Virus record (IMG/VR): IMGVR_UViG_2744054964_000002
Location: 1-43,041 of that record
Reading direction: 5' to 3' (one strand)
Length of the DNA stretch: 43,041 bases
DNA from: a virus
Taxonomy: Duplodnaviria; Heunggongvirae; Uroviricota; Caudoviricetes
In this document: one piece after another, positions 1 through 8,046 of the stretch
Numbering within the stretch: position 1 is the first letter of the stretch
Layout: the number at the start of each line of letters is the position of its first letter
The notes under the pieces: generated by a model
Databases searched by the model: none
What the model was told of the DNA's origin: nothing
The model's input: the letters and a program-made list of their open reading frames with translations, nothing else
Program-made: the position numbers and the translations under genes

Positions 1-1194
1 ATGATCACCGACACAAAGCTCAGGAAGGCGCTCGGCAAGAAAAGAGATGATATCGAGATTATTTCTGATTCGCACGGGCTCAACGCCAGAATCAGCCAGG
101 CCGGAAAAATATCATTTTTCTATCGGTATCGCTGGGCCGGTAAAGCGGTAAAACTCAATGTTGGTGATTATCCTGCAATGAGTATCACCCAGGCAAGAGA
201 GCGTCGCCAACAATTCAGAAACTGGTTAACTGAGGGACTGGATCCGCGAGAGCAGGTGAAGCTGGATAAGCAGACCCGACAGGAAGCGATGTCCGTTGCC
301 GAAGCGTTCAATTACTGGATTGAAAGGCACTGTATCGCTAACGGGCTAGTTAAAGTCGATTACTATCGCCAGGTGTTTGAGAAACATATCGCCGAACCGA
401 TGAAGAATGTCAAAGTCGATAACACAGCGAAAATGCACTGGATCAACGTCTTCGATTCTATAGAAAGCAGGGTGATGGCTCATTACATGCTTTCGCTGTG
501 CAAACGGGCGTTTAGGTTCTGCGTTAACAGAAGTGTGATCGCCTCAAACCCACTCGAGGGATTACTGCCATCTGATGTCGGGCAAAAGCCTAAAAAGAGA
601 ACTCGCAGGATGGACGATGACGATCTGCGCAAAATCTATCAGTGGTTGAAAAGCCATATGTCGATAGAGTCCGTTTTCCTGGTGAAATTTATTATGCTTA
701 CCGGATGCCGTACGGCTGAGATTCGACTTAGTGAGAGATCATGGTTTCGATTGGATGATAATGAGTGGGTCGTGCCTGCGGGCAGTTATAAAACTCGGGT
801 ACATATTAGAAGGGGGCTCTCAGACGCCGCCGTTAACCTGGTCAGAAATCACCTCAAGAAAATAAACACCAATCACCTGGTGACTTCACAACGTAAAATT
901 GATGGCGGGATCAAAGATTCGCCCGTTCATTCACCTGTGGCATCCAATTACGCCCGTTCTATTTGGAATGGAACAGGTATGGCAGAGTGGTCGCTTCATG
1001 ATATGAGGCGGACGATAGCCACAAATCTCTCTGAGTTAGGTTGCCCGCCGCACGTAATTGAAAAGCTGCTCGGGCATCAGATGGTGGGGGTTATGGCGCA
1101 TTACAACCTTCATGACTATATCGATGATCAGAAACACTGGCTCCGCGTTTGGCAGAGCCATCTTGAAGAGATCATCGGAGAGCCCTTCAGTTAA
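1..1194 (+). CDS. int: Phage integrase, tyrosine recombinase (P4-type N-terminal arm-binding-like region)
   Basis: 397-aa ORF; N-terminal [10 protein letters not shown] segment typical of P4-like integrase arm domain; C-terminal HDMRRT...LLGHQ...MAHYNLHDY matches the R-H-R-Y tyrosine recombinase signature. ORF begins at window position 1, so the true start and att site may lie upstream. Confidence 0.9.
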
Positions 1195-1433
1195 TTTATC
1201 TTCTTTTTATCCTCCCACTCTTTGATTGACTCAGAGCGCCAGCGGTTAGGGTTGCCGGGCCAGTCAGGGGGTGGGAACGGGCATACGAAGCCCCGAGGCA
1301 TTGTGTCTGCACTTTGCCATGACCAAAGGGTTTTGCGTGAAATTTTGTAGCGACTGGTCAGGTCTGACGTTACCAAAATATCATCCATAGCTCTCTCCAG
1401 TTGCCCGTTCGGGCCATTCAAAATCTTTTTCAA
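1191..1433 (-). CDS. Putative excisionase / AlpA-like small DNA-binding protein
   Basis: 80-aa ORF immediately next to int, 4-nt overlap with the downstream ORF; Trp-rich basic segment ([10 protein letters not shown]...[11 protein letters not shown]) resembles small Xis/AlpA-type HTH proteins. Assignment by position and composition only. Confidence 0.45.
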
Positions 1434-1675
1434 CCAACCTGCCCGGGCAGGGAGCGGAGACGGCGCATGCCGGTCATCGCTGTGGCCACGTAGCTCGCCT
1501 TTCGGTTCACCACCTCCACCCAGACTTTCACGCCTTCAACCTTCACCGTATAAGTCTCTTTCATCTTGCTTCGCCCATAGTCGCCATATGTTTGCAAGTG
1601 AGCTGCCAGCGCAACATCGCAAGCGCGGCGACCAATAGGTGATTGCTTACTGCGATTAATCAGCTTCATCATCAC
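1430..1675 (-). CDS. Hypothetical protein (81 aa)
   Basis: ORF translationally coupled (ATGA-type 4-nt overlaps) to Dam upstream and putative xis downstream; no recognisable motif. Confidence 0.45.
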   Translation of the reverse strand: MMMKLINRSKQSPIGRRACDVALAAHLQTYGDYGRSKMKETYTVKVEGVKVWVEVVNRKASYVATAMTGMRRLRSLPGQVG

Positions 1676-2577
1676 TGCACTCCCAAAGTGGCTACGACAT
1701 CACTCGCTGTTTCGCGGGTACTGCCTTTGCTGGATATAGCCCGGCGAGCACTGACGCGGTGCAGCGTGAAGCCGTGCTGTTCGTAAAGTTCAATTACGCG
1801 CGGAGCGGTAGAATTGCTGATCACCACTTTTGCCCCCCGCTGGTGGGCTGCCACACAGCTTTCCGTAAGTTCTACCTGGCTATCCCATGAGAACCCACCA
1901 GCCGCGTAGTTAGTGAAACCAGCGGTGCCGGGCAGCGGTTCATAAGGCGGATCGCAGTAAACGACGTCACCATCACCTGCCAGCGCGAGCGTGCGCCTGA
2001 AGCCTGCATTCATGAATACGCATGCGTGAGCCTTCCGCTTAAATGCCCTGATCTCTTCTTCCGGGAAATATGGCGCTTTATATTTCCCAAAGCCGACGTT
2101 AAAAAAACCGTCCAGGTTATAACGGATCAGCCCGTTGAAGCAGTGCCGGTTGAGGTAAAGGAGCGCTGCTGCGCGCTCAACCGCATCCAGCCGCTGCGCG
2201 TTGAATGCTTCACGAATTACCGTGTAGTTTTCGGCATCATTCAGATGCCTGAATGCCTTCATTGCCTCATAGATCACCGAGTCGGGGACCACCGCCAGCA
2301 TCTGATACAGGTTAATCAGGTCAGCGTTGACGTCAGCCAGAAGAAAGCGTTCGTGCTTGTCTGAGTTAAGGAACACCGAGCCGCCACCCACAAAAGGCTC
2401 AATAAGGCGTTTCCCTGCGGGGATCAGGCGATCCAGTTCCGGCAGCAGCGAATATTTGCCGCCAGCCCATTTAAGGAACGGGCGCTGCCAAATTCGTGAT
2501 GCTGGATTGTGTGCGGGTGGCAGCTTAACCGCTTCATTGAATTGCTCAACGCAAACACTTACAAATCCGTAATTCAT
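1672..2577 (-). CDS. dam: DNA adenine methyltransferase (Dam family, GATC N6-adenine MTase)
   Basis: 301-aa ORF with FLKWAGGK (AdoMet-binding) near the N-terminus and DPPY catalytic motif (VVYCDPPYEP); Dam/D12-class hallmark motifs. Confidence 0.9.
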   Translation of the reverse strand: MNYGFVSVCVEQFNEAVKLPPAHNPASRIWQRPFLKWAGGKYSLLPELDRLIPAGKRLIEPFVGGGSVFLNSDKHERFLLADVNADLINLYQMLAVVPDSVIYEAMKAFRHLNDAENYTVIREAFNAQRLDAVERAAALLYLNRHCFNGLIRYNLDGFFNVGFGKYKAPYFPEEEIRAFKRKAHACVFMNAGFRRTLALAGDGDVVYCDPPYEPLPGTAGFTNYAAGGFSWDSQVELTESCVAAHQRGAKVVISNSTAPRVIELYEQHGFTLHRVSARRAISSKGSTRETASDVVATLGVQ

Positions 2578-2732
2578 GCTGCCACCTGCTTTTCGTTAAG
2601 TTCTTCAGCCAGTCGTTGCGCCTTCAGTGGGTTGGTAACGACATTACCCCACGGCAGCAACCATCCGTTTTTCTCTTTGAGCCAGGGAAGGCGCAGTGTG
2701 CCAACCCTGATGTCGTCGTGAGCGTGAGTCAT
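2574..2732 (-). CDS. Small hypothetical protein (52 aa), not in ORF track
   Basis: Hand-translated: MTHAHDDIRVGTLRLPWLKEKNGWLLPWGNVVTNPLKAQRLAEELNEKQVAA; its stop overlaps the dam start (ATGA) and its ATG overlaps the stop of the upstream 142-aa ORF (ATGA), which argues for real translational coupling. Confidence 0.3.
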   Translation of the reverse strand: MTHAHDDIRVGTLRLPWLKEKNGWLLPWGNVVTNPLKAQRLAEELNEKQVAA

Positions 2733-3157
2733 AGGATGGACTCCATTTCGTCGATGTAGAGGCCCTGAGCAATCAGGCGGCTACGGCGGGCGGCACGGGC
2801 TATGCACTCCTGCCGTCTACCTTCCTGCGATTGCTCAATGGCGCGCCGGGTGAACAGACGCGATTTGCCCTGCGGCGTCACAACCTTCGGCTTCGTGACC
2901 AGGTCGAAAGTCCGGTCGCAGATGCCGTCCCCGTTGATCCACTTTTCCGACTCAACGATCTGCGCTATCTGTCCGGAGCCGCGGGTAATACCGTTGGCTA
3001 CCCGGTTAAACTCGATGAGCGTTACGCCAAACTTCTCAGCGATTTCGCTGCCGGTTACCGGGCGGCCGCGCGTCTGAATCATCCAGATAACGCGCTCACG
3101 AAGGCCGGAGAATTGCCCGGTGCGCCCTGGCCTGCGGTAAAATGGTGTGCGTTTCAT
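2729..3157 (-). CDS. Hypothetical protein (142 aa), possible HTH
   Basis: ORF coupled to the exonuclease gene upstream (4-nt overlap); segment VTGSEIAEKFGVTLIEF looks like a helix-turn-helix; no firm family assignment. Confidence 0.5.
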   Translation of the reverse strand: MKRTPFYRRPGRTGQFSGLRERVIWMIQTRGRPVTGSEIAEKFGVTLIEFNRVANGITRGSGQIAQIVESEKWINGDGICDRTFDLVTKPKVVTPQGKSRLFTRRAIEQSQEGRRQECIARAARRSRLIAQGLYIDEMESIL

Positions 3158-3771
3158 GCTGCACGCTCTGTGATTTTCTGAATTTCCGATTCCAGATCTG
3201 CAAGGAAGCTCTTAACCTCAGATTCGATTTCGCGCGCCAGCTCTTCATCGAAATGAATCCGCTTCTTGAAATAGGCGAGGTCAGGCGGCAGGCGATCATC
3301 GAAACTAACGAAATCACACCATTTCCGCCCGGTGCACATCATCTGTGCATGCATTTGCAGCATGTACTGGCGCTTTGGCTCACCAGTTTTCAGCGTTTCA
3401 AGATGGGTCCAGGTGTTGGGGCATTTGATTTCGATAAGCCCGTCGTCGTTGACAAGTCCGTCCGGGCTGGCTGCGAATCCGGGTATGGTTGGGTGATCGA
3501 TGAGCCCAACTTCAGTGATTGCCGCATTGAACTCATTCAGCGCGTACATTTCGCGTGCCACTGGCTCAAGTTCAGTGCCGCGCATCATCGCGGCATTCGA
3601 AAACCCTTCCTCCAGCTTCCCGGTCAGCCGTTGGCAAATCAGCTCGGCCATGTAGTTCTGGCGGCTGGTGGAGTAGCCCGACTTAGTCCGGGCCATGACA
3701 TCAGCCAGGCGACTGGCTGTGACCTTGCCGCAGCGCGCAGCAAACCATTCAGGGGTGCGTTGCTCTATCAT
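3154..3771 (-). CDS. YqaJ-type phage exonuclease (PD-(D/E)XK, lambda-Exo-like functional partner of RecT)
   Basis: 205-aa ORF; N-terminal MIEQRTPEWFAARCGKVTASRLADVMA is the characteristic YqaJ viral recombinase domain start; sits directly downstream of recT with 4-nt overlap. Confidence 0.85.
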   Translation of the reverse strand: MIEQRTPEWFAARCGKVTASRLADVMARTKSGYSTSRQNYMAELICQRLTGKLEEGFSNAAMMRGTELEPVAREMYALNEFNAAITEVGLIDHPTIPGFAASPDGLVNDDGLIEIKCPNTWTHLETLKTGEPKRQYMLQMHAQMMCTGRKWCDFVSFDDRLPPDLAYFKKRIHFDEELAREIESEVKSFLADLESEIQKITERAA

Positions 3772-4529
3772 TCAGCCTCCGTCTCTGCGACATTGACAGG
3801 TTCGGCGTTGTCGACAGCAAGACTCATGTCATACATGCGTCGTTTCTCAACTGCGCCGATCACCTGTTTCTCTTCGGCGCTCAGCGCCACCCAGAACTCC
3901 TGATACTTAACGGTTCCAAGGCGCGCGGCGGACTCACCTTTTGCGATCAGTTCCGGGCGGCGGCTATCTGATTCATGGCCCGCATGAACCTCTGCCGTTG
4001 TTCCTTCAATTACTCGCTCTGCCTCGTCCTGGTCGAAGATGCCAGCGAAACCAAAGGCCAGACGCGCGCACTGGATCAGCGTCTTGTGGCGAAGCATGCG
4101 GGTAGGGTGGGACTGCCATGGCTGAGTGTTGCGTTTGCACTCTCCCATGTACTCGGTGACGATGGTCGGGTGCTTACGGTCTTTGCGGTAAATCTTGCAG
4201 GTACACGCGCCTTCCTCCTTGTCGTAAGAGAACTCCATGCCGTCAAACTGAGGATGCTCGTTGATAATGCGAGCCCATCCATCAACGCCGACGACCGGGA
4301 CAATCCCGCCTTTATCTGGGAATGCGTAAATCTCTTTGGTCCATGGGTTCAGGCCATACTGGTTGGCGACGATCAGCAGGGCTGTAAACTGCTCGTCCGT
4401 GACGTTGCCACCTTTGAACGCTGTATTCTTCAGCGTATTCATCAGGTCTGTACCGGCATCCATGCCGAGGCGTGCGGCCAGTTTCCCGGCCATGGTGGAA
4501 AGTGCAGTACTCATTGTTAAATCCCTCAA
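3768..4529 (-). CDS. recT: RecT-family single-strand annealing recombinase
   Basis: 253-aa ORF; core segment LLIVANQYGLNPWTKEIYAF...GVDGWARI is typical of RecT/Bet-like annealing proteins; paired with the YqaJ exonuclease. Confidence 0.9.
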   Translation of the reverse strand: MRDLTMSTALSTMAGKLAARLGMDAGTDLMNTLKNTAFKGGNVTDEQFTALLIVANQYGLNPWTKEIYAFPDKGGIVPVVGVDGWARIINEHPQFDGMEFSYDKEEGACTCKIYRKDRKHPTIVTEYMGECKRNTQPWQSHPTRMLRHKTLIQCARLAFGFAGIFDQDEAERVIEGTTAEVHAGHESDSRRPELIAKGESAARLGTVKYQEFWVALSAEEKQVIGAVEKRRMYDMSLAVDNAEPVNVAETEAE

Positions 4530-4532
4530 AAA

Positions 4533-4814
4533 TTAAAACGGGCAGGTTGGATGAAGGCGATCCCACTCTTCTTCGGCGCGGTCGTAACAGATGCGTGTGA
4601 CATAGTCGTTATAGGCTTCCTCTGCCTTTTCACCGACTAGTGCCATTTGCGCTTCTTTTGGGAGAAACAGGCTACTCATTTGCAGAGCATATTTCGGGAA
4701 CATGGCGATCAGTTCTTTCGCCCGGTCGTCGATCCACTTCTCTTTCTCGTCGGTGAGTTGCTGCTCAACCCAGCGCCGATCTTCGATGCGGTCGTAAGTG
4801 AGGTATGCGTTCAT
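4533..4814 (-). CDS. Hypothetical protein (93 aa)
   Basis: ORF in the leftward operon between the coiled-coil gene and recT; acidic; no recognised motif. Confidence 0.45.
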   Translation of the reverse strand: MNAYLTYDRIEDRRWVEQQLTDEKEKWIDDRAKELIAMFPKYALQMSSLFLPKEAQMALVGEKAEEAYNDYVTRICYDRAEEEWDRLHPTCPF

Positions 4815-4821
4815 GGTTGCC

Positions 4822-5793
4822 TCAGTAGTGGATTTTCGCGCAGGGGATCAGGTCATCCTTCAGAGCGGTGAGCACTTCGATAGCCTGTTCGCGGGTTAAG
4901 CTTGTGTGGCTGGTGAGCGCGTTAACGATGTTGGTGCCGACCGTCTTGCGGTGCTTCACGTCGGCTTCACGTTTTGCCTGCTCATCGGCGATGCGCTTCT
5001 CTTCGGCCAGACGTTTCTCTTCTGCCTGTTTTGCCTTGAGGCGCTCAGCTTCCACTGCCGCGGCTTTTTCGCGTTCTGCCCGGGCTTCTGCTTCCTGCTT
5101 CTCGCGAGCTGCACGCTGTTCCGCTTCGACGCGCTGGCGTTCAGCCAGCTCTGCACGTGCTTTCTCTTCAGCTTCACGGCGCGCTGCGGCTTCAATCTCT
5201 GCTTTGTGCATCGCTTCGGCATCGCGGCGGGCTTGTTCTGCCGCTTCCTGCTTCAGTCGTTCGTCACGTTCACGCTGAGCCTGTTCTGCCTGGCGGCGCT
5301 GCTCTTCGCGGTCACGGTCAAAATCCTTGTTCATCAGTAGAGCCATTTCGTGGTCCGCTTCGAACTTGGCAGCCAGCTCCTGATCAAACCTGATGTTCAT
5401 CTCCAGCGCTTCGGCGTGCATCGCGTTCATGGCTTCTTCAGCCTTAATGCGTTCCTGCTCGGCTTCCCATTCGGTGAGTGGGCGGCGGGTCGCATCGCGC
5501 AGCTCGTCGCAGGCATCAACGAATCGCTTAATTTCGGCCTCAGCCGGACGCACAGCCTCTTTCAGGCGCTTCAGGTACTCACGGCCCGGCTTTTCGATTG
5601 CCGTCTTGCTGCGGGACACCTGCGCTGCCAGAGAGGCAACACGGTCACGGCCTTTCTTCGTGGACAGGTCCGGCACTTCGTTTACAGCCTGGCGGATTTG
5701 CTCAAGGTACGCGTCAAGGCCGCCCGCTACGTAAAGCACTGGGGCCTGTTCCGGCTTGATTTCGATGACAGTTAAGTCCGTTACTTCGCTCAT
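4822..5793 (-). CDS. Coiled-coil protein with extreme E/A/R/K-rich low-complexity central region
   Basis: 323-aa ORF; central ~150 residues are near-repetitive (EAERLKAKQAEEKRLAEEKRIADEQAKREAD...); the many antisense ORFs in the track here are by-products of this bias. Confidence 0.6.
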   Translation of the reverse strand: MSEVTDLTVIEIKPEQAPVLYVAGGLDAYLEQIRQAVNEVPDLSTKKGRDRVASLAAQVSRSKTAIEKPGREYLKRLKEAVRPAEAEIKRFVDACDELRDATRRPLTEWEAEQERIKAEEAMNAMHAEALEMNIRFDQELAAKFEADHEMALLMNKDFDRDREEQRRQAEQAQRERDERLKQEAAEQARRDAEAMHKAEIEAAARREAEEKARAELAERQRVEAEQRAAREKQEAEARAEREKAAAVEAERLKAKQAEEKRLAEEKRIADEQAKREADVKHRKTVGTNIVNALTSHTSLTREQAIEVLTALKDDLIPCAKIHY

Positions 5794-5863
5794 GGTTTCT
5801 CCTGAAATTTGGATGTGCAGAACTCGCCCGCGTAATGCCAGGCCGATCGGTTGAATAGGGTGG

Positions 5864-6061
5864 TTACTGCTGCGCGATGGATTTCGCCGGGAACTCGCCG
5901 TTGCGGATGATGCTTTCTACCGGCCAGCACTCAGCTGACACTTTCTGCTCTGTAGCTGCCAGGCTGCATTCCTGCTGGCTGTCGTAAACGCCGAGAATGA
6001 CATCCTGATAATCACCGTTGGTCATTGCCACGGTCAGGACGAGTGCGAATAAAGTTTCCAT
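5864..6061 (-). CDS. Small hypothetical protein (65 aa from the internal ATG)
   Basis: Track ORF 5864-6115 begins with GTG; an internal ATG at 6061 (METLFALVLTVAMTNGDY...) overlaps the stop of the upstream small ORF (TGATG), suggesting coupled translation. Hydrophobic N-terminus. Confidence 0.35.
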   Translation of the reverse strand: METLFALVLTVAMTNGDYQDVILGVYDSQQECSLAATEQKVSAECWPVESIIRNGEFPAKSIAQQ

Positions 6062-6189
6062 CAGTGAAGAGTCCTCCCGATGGCGACGGCGTAAAGGCGT
6101 TTTGCTTCTTCCCACGCCGGAGCATTGCGATGGAGCACCGCGAACGACGCGAGCCGTTGGGCCTCTCTGATCTGCTGCTGGTTTACCAT
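6061..6189 (-). CDS. Small hypothetical protein (42 aa), not in ORF track
   Basis: Hand-translated MVNQQQIREAQRLASFAVLHRNAPAWEEAKRLYAVAIGRTLH; preceded by AGGAAA RBS; stop overlaps the next start. Confidence 0.3.
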   Translation of the reverse strand: MVNQQQIREAQRLASFAVLHRNAPAWEEAKRLYAVAIGRTLH

Positions 6190-6324
6190 GATTTCCTCTT
6201 GGCCTTATCGCGGCGAACGGAACGGTTAATACAAGACTTCAACGCATTTATTCAGTGTTTCATTGGGCGGTGGATGGCCGCCGGTTGTCATAACTTGAGT
6301 CACTCGTAAATAACTCCAGGTATG

Positions 6325-6348
6325 AAAAAGGCCGCCTACCTGGCAGCC
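6325..6348 (-). terminator. Candidate rho-independent terminator (minus strand)
   Basis: Minus-strand RNA GGCUGCC-AGGUA-GGCGGCC (7-bp stem with one G-U pair) followed by UUUUUC; lies about 75 nt downstream of the 6427-6768 ORF. Confidence 0.4.
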
Positions 6349-6426
6349 TCAACTTGAATGAGTGCCGGGATGTTTAGCCACGCCCGGCGCGTGCTCTCCT
6401 GCTATTCCCCAACAGCAAGAAATCGC

Positions 6427-6768
6427 TTACTCTTTAATTTCCCCAGCAGTAGAAAGGATATATTCATGCAAACCATGCGGACCGTGTGCCCTGACTGCGG
6501 AAGTGAGATGTTCAACCAGCCCGATGATTTTGACTTTGAGACAAATTTCACCGGCGTCAGTTGTGCTGACTGTGGTCGAGAAATCACTAAGGACGATGTT
6601 GTCAATCAGGCCACGGACACGGTCAAAAAACAGATCGACGACATGCTCAGGAATTCCCTGAAAGGAACTGGCTGGAAGTTCAAGTAACTTTAAAAGCTCC
6701 CCGGTCTGAGTAAGTACCTCGCTGGCGTCTACGTTAAGCAGTAGTGGCGCCGTTTTTTTATCTGCCAT
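6427..6768 (-). CDS. Hypothetical protein (113 aa); competes with the antisense ORF 6466-6687
   Basis: ATG at 6766-6768 preceded by GAGGAG RBS (5-nt spacer); same orientation as the surrounding leftward operon; followed by the candidate terminator at 6325-6348. No recognisable domain. Confidence 0.4.
   Translation of the reverse strand: MADKKTAPLLLNVDASEVLTQTGELLKLLELPASSFQGIPEHVVDLFFDRVRGLIDNIVLSDFSTTVSTTDAGEICLKVKIIGLVEHLTSAVRAHGPHGLHEYILSTAGEIKE
6466..6687 (+). CDS. Hypothetical small zinc-ribbon protein (73 aa); antisense to 6427-6768
   Basis: Internal ATG at 6466 with AAGGA RBS; paired CxxCG motifs (CPDCG ... CADCG, 19 residues apart) typical of a zinc ribbon; third-position GC looks higher than in the opposing frame (hand count). 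Confidence 0.35.
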   Translation: MQTMRTVCPDCGSEMFNQPDDFDFETNFTGVSCADCGREITKDDVVNQATDTVKKQIDDMLRNSLKGTGWKFK

Positions 6769-7313
6769 ACACACTCCTCTTTTTGTTTACCGTCAGCCCC
6801 TCGCAAAGAGCTGCTGGTAAACTTCGCCACACTCTCGCAGTGGCCGCGCACATGCCCTTGAGACCTTGTCGCTCATCGCCGCTCATAACCGGTGCGCGTC
6901 TGGCGTTCGCGCTGCTTTACCGGAGCTTGTTTTGATATAAGAACCTTGACCCATCACTACACAGGCTCGCCATTCGGCGACTCAGGGCGGCATCATTACT
7001 GCTGCATTGCCTTTAGGCTGCGGTCTGTCCGCTTTAGTTCTTCATTGGAATCACTCCTCTAAGTTGAATCAGCGCCCCATCATCGGAGCGCTTCAAATTG
7101 AGTGACTTATCAGCTCATCGCAGCGTGGTCCTCTACACCTACCGTACGCATACGGACTCAGTGCTTACCTCGATCCCATCGGGTGCCATTTCTTTTTGCC
7201 AGGAGAGCTACGGCTTGCCTGTCACTCAGTCTGATTTGTTAAAGAAGCAGGCGACTTGCTGTCCGCCGCTGGCTAACTTCGCTCAGCTGTCGATGTTTCG
7301 TTTCGATGAGCTG

Positions 7314-7342
7314 ATTATTAACTAATGGTTATTTTCAGTCAA
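7314..7342 (-). promoter_or_regulatory. Candidate leftward sigma70 promoter (possible pL)
   Basis: On the minus strand TTGACT (7342-7337), 16-17-nt spacer, then TAATAA/AATAAT (7320-7314); embedded in an AT-rich TGGTTA repeat region. Hexamer match only. Confidence 0.3.
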
Positions 7343-7460
7343 TAACCATTGGTTAATTATTTTGCCGTTGGTTATTAAGGTTATGATTTATTGGTTAATT
7401 TAGTTCTGTTATGGATTTGTGCAGTACGTGCTATGCTGCAAAAAACATCAGGAGGTAGCT

Positions 7461-7667
7461 ATGGAACGAGATGAACGTGCAGATGAACGAATAGCCTTCA
7501 TGGCTGGAGAGGTTGGGTGCGTAGTGTTCGAGCTGGTTTATAACGGAATTGAAATCAATAAGGACAACATTGTGGGATTTCTGGAAGGGAAGCGCAAAGC
7601 CGTAGGAAACGTGATCCATAAGGGGATGCTACGGGATGCGGCTGAGATGGTGCGGAAGGGCAAATAA
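7461..7667 (+). CDS. Hypothetical protein (68 aa)
   Basis: ATG at 7461 preceded by AGGAGG RBS and an extended -10 like element (TGcTATGCT, 7429-7437); convergent with the cI-adjacent cassette. Confidence 0.4.
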   Translation: MERDERADERIAFMAGEVGCVVFELVYNGIEINKDNIVGFLEGKRKAVGNVIHKGMLRDAAEMVRKGK

Positions 7668-7686
7668 AAACCCGGCGCTGGCCGGG
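7662..7686 (-). terminator. Rho-independent terminator ending the cI-adjacent cassette
   Basis: Perfect 6-bp GC stem CCCGGC-GCUG-GCCGGG (7671-7686) followed on the minus strand by UUUUUAUUU, starting 8 nt after the stop of the 7695-8045 gene. Confidence 0.6.
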
Positions 7687-7694
7687 TGATAGCG

Positions 7695-8045
7695 CTATTT
7701 CAAAACAAGTCCGTTTAAAGCATCAAGAATTTTAGAAACATAATTACCGAATACATAAACACAAAAAGCAAACACAACTGATAGAATGGCAGAAGAAGCT
7801 TTAAGTGTTGTCTTCATGGATTTTACTCCATTTTCGATTTCACTCAGCCTTGAGTCGATGCTCTTAATGTCTGATTTAATCTCAGCAATATCTCGCTTAA
7901 TGTATTCTACATCGGATTCTAAGCGTGCAACTCTGTATTGCATGTCATCGCCTCCGCCATTACCGTTGCCATGCCTCAAAGTATGCACGTTGAATTCTTC
8001 GTTAGCAACTGGTTGGCTTCGTTTGAGATATGCTGAATTTGCCAT
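7695..8045 (-). CDS. Coiled-coil protein with C-terminal transmembrane helix (XhlA-like architecture); cassette gene B
   Basis: 116-aa ORF; Gly-rich N-terminus (HGNGNGGGDD), heptad-like coiled coil (RLESDVEYIKRDIAEIKSDIKSIDSRLSEIENGVKSMK), hydrophobic C-terminal segment (AILSVVFAFCVYVFGNYV). Start is 1 nt after the stop of gene A. AT-rich by eye. Confidence 0.6.
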   Translation of the reverse strand: MANSAYLKRSQPVANEEFNVHTLRHGNGNGGGDDMQYRVARLESDVEYIKRDIAEIKSDIKSIDSRLSEIENGVKSMKTTLKASSAILSVVFAFCVYVFGNYVSKILDALNGLVLK

Positions 8046-8046
8046 G

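Noticed and set aside
2026-2572. Plus-strand ORFs 2026-2364 and 2327-2572 inside the dam region
   Set aside because: They lie entirely antisense to the well-supported Dam methyltransferase gene and have no RBS or motif support.
3142-4520. Plus-strand ORFs 3142-3903 and 3975-4520
   Set aside because: Antisense to the YqaJ exonuclease and RecT genes, which have clear family motifs; treated as shadow ORFs.
4868-5775. Several Ser/Ala/Arg-rich or Cys/Phe-rich ORFs on both strands (4868-5278, 4906-5340, 4956-5222, 5350-5775 and others)
   Set aside because: Products of the repetitive GC-rich coding sequence of the coiled-coil gene 4822-5793; alternate frames of a biased repeat stay open by chance.
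7098-7325. Plus-strand 75-aa ORF in the ORF-free leader
   Set aside because: No RBS, opposite to the expected transcription direction, and overlaps the hairpin-rich region; more likely non-coding.
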